From NCBI GenBank assembly GCA_951406725.2, contig OX597820.1, positions 76,012,001-76,076,000 on the forward strand: DNA of 64,000 nt. The letters run 5' to 3'. This stretch comes from Octopus vulgaris (lineage: Eukaryota). The notes beneath the pieces were generated by a model. The model saw only the letters and a list, made by a program, of their open reading frames with translations, did no database searches and was not told where the DNA came from. Position numbers and translations under genes: made by a program. Of the stretch, positions 59,648 to 64,000 are shown in pieces; position 1 is the first letter of the stretch, and the number at the start of each line of letters is the position of its first letter.

Positions 59648-60105
59648 AGGCGGCAAGCTGGCAGAAACGTTAGCACGCCGGGCGAAATGCTTAGCGTTAT
59701 TGCGTCTGTCTTTACGCTCTGAGTTCAAATTCCGCCGAGGTCTACAGTGCATTTCATCCTTTCTGGGTCGATAAATTAAGTGCCAGTTGCGTACTGGGGT
59801 CGATCTAGTCCACTGCCCCCCCCCCCCCAAAGTGTCAGGCCTTGTGTGCCTAGAGTAGAAAATATTATTATTATTATTATTATTGATAAGATGGTGAGCT
59901 AGTAGAACCGTTAGTACGTCGAACAAAATGCTTAGCGGCATTTCGTCTTTCTTTGTGTTCGAGTTCAAATTTCACTGCGATCGACTTTGCCTTTCAATCT
60001 TTTGGTGTCGATAAATTAAGAACCAGTTGCGTACTAGGATTGATCTATTGGACTGGTCCCTTCCCCACAAATCTCACAGCTTGTGACTTGTACCTTTAGT
60101 AGAAA
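59648..60105 (+). mobile_element. Two SINE B copies separated by (TTA)n
   Basis: Heads at ~59648 and ~59890. Further copies at ~11995, 15560, 22095, 25025, 28210, 31515, 33910, 35615-36035 and 62420. Confidence 0.8.
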
Positions 60106-60113
60106 GGGTTATT

Positions 60114-60144
<31 letters not shown>

Positions 60145-60182
60145 TTATTATTATTATTATCATCATTATTATTATTATTATT

Positions 60183-60482
60183 GCTTTTGCACGACTTCTA
60201 ACGCTGGAGATGTACTGCAGTGTCAGCTGTTCACTTACCAGTGAACTAAGATAACACCTCTTATGTTTCGAGCACCTTCCGGAGTAATCGAGCGGTTCCA
60301 AGCAGTGCTGCTTTCTGCAAGTGCCCCCCCTCCCATATTGCAGCCCCTTTTTGTTCCATGCAGGTCTCAAGATTTTTGCTCACTGTTCCCAGGGCTCCGA
60401 CAATTATTGGTACCACAACCATCTTTTTCATCGACTACAACTGCTTAGCTTCCCAAGCTAACCTGTCATATCTATCGCCTTT
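60183..60482 (-). mobile_element. 3' end of a second Dong/R4-like element within (TTA)n
   Basis: Minus strand reads RYDRLAWEAKQL*SMKKMVVVPIIVGALGTVSKNL, then after a frameshift LQKAALLGTARLLRKVLET*. Flanked by (TTA)n. Confidence 0.8.
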
Positions 60483-60487
60483 TATTA

Positions 60488-60546
<59 letters not shown>

Positions 60547-60915
60547 TTTTGCCTAACTTTTCTTCCGTTTTCCCTCCATTTGGTTTTCTTTCTTTTTTAT
60601 GAAATCTACGTGGAATTTCTGTTCTTTTGAAATGTTGTACATCAAATATTTCATTCAACGCTAATATCAGCAAAAGTTGAGATCTGGCACATTTTTTAGT
60701 TATTTATTTATTTATTTATTTATTTATTTTATATTTTTATTTTTATTTCTTATTTGCTTTGATGTTTGAAAACAAGCAACTGAATTTCCCCCGAGAAATG
60801 TCCAGGTGCTTCTGCTAAAATTAAAATTAAATGGTATAACGATGGTGATTAATATAGTAGTAACAATGATGATGATGATCATGATCATGATCATGATCAT
60901 GACGATGATGATGAC

Positions 60916-60966
<51 letters not shown>

Positions 60967-61306
60967 AACGCTGATGGTAACGATGATGAGGATTATGGTG
61001 ATGATGTGATGATGATAGTGGTATGGTAGTGTTGGTGGTAATGATGATAGTGATGATGATGATGGTGGTGATGATGATGATGATGATCATTTTAAGTGGA
61101 ATATAAAGAAACAAAGAAAAGAGAAGTAGAAGAAAGGAGAAGAATATGGTAAATAATAAAACTAAATAATCTATTTATTACTAAATCTACTTAAATATAC
61201 TATTAGAGAATAGCAAAATTCTGTGTGTGTGAGTATATATTTATATGTGTGTGTGTGTTGTATGTGTGTGTGTGTTGTGTGTGTTGTGTGTATGTGTGTG
61301 TGTGGA

Positions 61307-61660
61307 GGCCCAATGGCCCAGTGGTTAGGACAGCAAATTCGCGGTTGTAGGATCGTAGTTTCGCTTCCCAGACCAGGCGTTGTGAGTGTTTATTGAGCGA
61401 AAACATATAAAGCTCCATGTGGTTCTGGCTGTAATCTTTCACCACAACTTTCTCACACTCTTTCTTCCTGTTTCTGTTGAACCTGTATTTCAAAGGGGCC
61501 AGCCTTGTCACTCACACTCTGTGTCACGCTGAATCTCCCCGTGAACAACATTAAGGGAACACGTGTCTGTGGAGTGCTCAGCCATTGCACGTTAATTTCA
61601 AGAGCAGGCTGTTCCGTGATCGGATCAGCTGGAACCCACGTCGTCGTAACCGACGGAGTT
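61307..61660 (+). mobile_element. tRNA-derived SINE family C
   Basis: Head ggcccaatggcccagtggttagg...gtttcgcttccc. Body shared with 3277-3617. Confidence 0.8.
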
Positions 61661-61665
61661 TCACG

Positions 61666-61734
<69 letters not shown>

Positions 61735-61869
61735 TCAGCAGGTACTGGCATCGGCCACGTTCGGTTGGTGTTTTTTGCGAGACACCGGCATGAGAGCCAG
61801 TCAGGGAATACTGGCATCGGCCACGTTCGGATGGTGCTTCTTACGTGCCGCATTGTGCATTCGCTTACC

Positions 61870-61933
61870 TGAGCCTGACGAGTTAGGTTTCGGTAAAAAC
61901 ACCTACGAAACTAAGTTGCGTTTAGTCGAATCA
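61870..61933 (+). ncRNA. Type I hammerhead motif with canonical core and full helix III
   Basis: CTGACGA-g(t)taggt...acctac-GAAA-ctaag-ttgcg-tttag-TC-gaatca. Stem I is degenerate (tgagc vs gaatca). Confidence 0.7.
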
Positions 61934-62579
61934 AACTGTTCTAAATAATATATATCTTACTAAATGAGTTGAGTGTATAATATACATTAAATATATAGTA
62001 TATACATAGATGCATATATATGTATATATATATATATAGTGGTGGCGGTATTGCCAAATACGGATTTTTGCTTCTTTGACCGTTATCGTAAGTCTTAATA
62101 TATTTGGTTTCCGCTGATACAGAAAAACGGTGTTTGAAAAATCACTGATGTCGCAATTAACCAGCAGAAAGGTAGAATCTTACATATGTCAAATGTCTTT
62201 CGCTGCTGCTGCTGTTTAGCCCCAGGTCAGCCTTTATTCAGCATACCTATCATCAAAGGGATTGCAGTTGCGACCGTCCAACTTTTGTAAGGTTATTCAG
62301 GTCTATATTTTTTCTGATACGTTATATTCTTATATGAGGCAGTAGGAAGTGATTTTAGGAGAAGCTGCCTGCTATTTCTAGCAGACAAAGCGGTTCCATG
62401 CAGACTTTTTTTTCCGAGTATATCGATCACAGTAACTGTCGCCTGATGCTTTCTTTTTTTTAACTCTGATCGAATGAAAGTCAAAGTTGCCCTGGGGAAT
62501 TTGAACTCAGAACATAAAGAACCGACGAAACGCCTCAAACATTTTTTCGATATAGTAACGGTTCTGCTAGATTACAGAC

Positions 62580-62659
<80 letters not shown>

Positions 62660-62660
<1 letters not shown>

Positions 62661-62981
62661 GCCATGTGTTGAGAGGAATTCTTTGGGGTTTGAATAATTC
62701 ACCTCTGGAAACATGGGTGTTTCGTTCAACACCCTTGAACAACCCTTATTCAGGGACCTTTTGAGCGGGATGGGTTACTCGACCTGAAGAAAATTCTAAC
62801 TGGGCCCCACCTGCAAGGTCATGTGCTGTTTATCTTGATATGAGATCACCATGTCGCGCACATATGGTTGTGATGCATGTGCCTAGTGTACCCTTATCAG
62901 ACGGGTAGTCATGATGGGTATACTGGGCTTCGTATATTTTACCCCAGTGTCACTTTGATGGCATGCACTACTCTCTCACTC
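62660..62981 (+). mobile_element. Truncated copy of the (AAT)n-inserted repeat
   Basis: Same right end (...ctcactc-aataat) as 24455-24990 with a shorter left end. Confidence 0.75.
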
Positions 62982-63004
62982 AATAATAATAATAATACTA
63001 ATAC

Positions 63005-63054
<50 letters not shown>

Positions 63055-64000
63055 TACAATTAGCCTAGACACCTACCTGAAAAACTCTGAGGACTGGATG
63101 TTAAAACTTGTCTCAAAACATGAAAACAAGAAAGCATCATACTTAGTAACAAAACAGGCAAAAGAATATCTAAGTGAATTCCGAATACAACAAATTTCGG
63201 AATTAGACACAAGAAACAAGCACAGAAAAAGCTAAGCGCATGAAAACCCGTGCCAAAACTGCGGCCTTAGATATTCTGAATGATAAATAGCAAGAAAAAC
63301 CTCTCTATGGCAAATGCTCAAAGAGAGCGAATAATGTAAATGTTGACAAAGCCCAGACCCATCAATGGCTAATGGCCTCTGGCTTAAAATCTGAAACAGA
63401 AGGGTTTATCAGAGCAGCTCAAGTTCAATGCCTACCAACAAGAAACTACCAGGCCAACATATTAAAGAACGGCAGTAGCCCAACATGTCGTGTATGTCAA
63501 CAACAAAGTGAAACCATTGTTGTCTCCAAGTGCAGTCTTCTAGCGCCTAGAGAGTATCTCAACAGGCAAGATAGTGCTACACAATATATTCACTGGGCAA
63601 TTTGCAAAAACCTGGATTTGCCCCAGGAAAAAAAACTGGTGGGAACACAAACCACCTCCAGTACTTGAAAATGACCATATCTCACTCCTCTGGAACCTCA
63701 CCATTCAAACTGACAGAAAGATAGATGCAAATAGGCCAGACATCATATTGAAAGATTTCAGACAAAGAACATGCCTCCTCATTGATATGACTGTCCCAAT
63801 CGATATAAACGTATCTGTCAAGGCCTACCAAAAAATGAGCAAATATAAAGATCTGGAAACAGAAATCAGCAAAGAGTGGAACCTGAAGACTAAAACAATA
63901 CTAGTTGTCATAGGTGCCCTGGGAATGATAGCAAAAGGGGCTGATTGATACCTAACTCAGATACCAGGAAACCCCAAAATGGCAGAAATTCAAAAGGTAG
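63055..64000 (+). mobile_element. Dong/R4-clade non-LTR retrotransposon, 5'-truncated and degenerate, inserted in (AAT)n
   Basis: ETEGFIRAAQ, zinc-knuckle remnant CRVC...ETI-VVSKC, and restriction-like endonuclease RPDII...LIDMTVP...KMSKYKDL...VVIGALG. It has frameshifts and stops, and follows (AAT)n. Confidence 0.88.

Noticed and set aside
63372-63948. Host genes encoded by the two terminal ORFs
   Set aside because: They are frameshifted pieces of one Dong/R4 retrotransposon ORF, with the zinc-knuckle His missing.

Overview
AT-rich, microsatellite-dense eukaryotic DNA. The SINE content and low-complexity coding style suggest an octopus genome, which is my inference. One host gene is visible: the first coding exon of a heparan sulfate 3-O-sulfotransferase (minus strand, 40562-38167). 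It has a ~700-aa low-complexity stem and an intron that appears to run off the window start. The rest is mobile DNA: a 5'-truncated Neptune-type Penelope-like element (PLE; RT + GIY-YIG) with an uninterrupted frame, Dong/R4-like and Tx1-like LINE fragments, a mariner fragment, MITEs, a Helentron-like element and dozens of tRNA-derived SINEs. The most notable hidden signal is a series of hammerhead-ribozyme motifs, several with variant cores. One lies in the PLE 3' end and others lie in short non-coding elements at (TA)n tracts, some arranged as fold-backs. Nearly all other ORFs in the track are microsatellite artefacts. Repeat boundaries were read by eye and are approximate.
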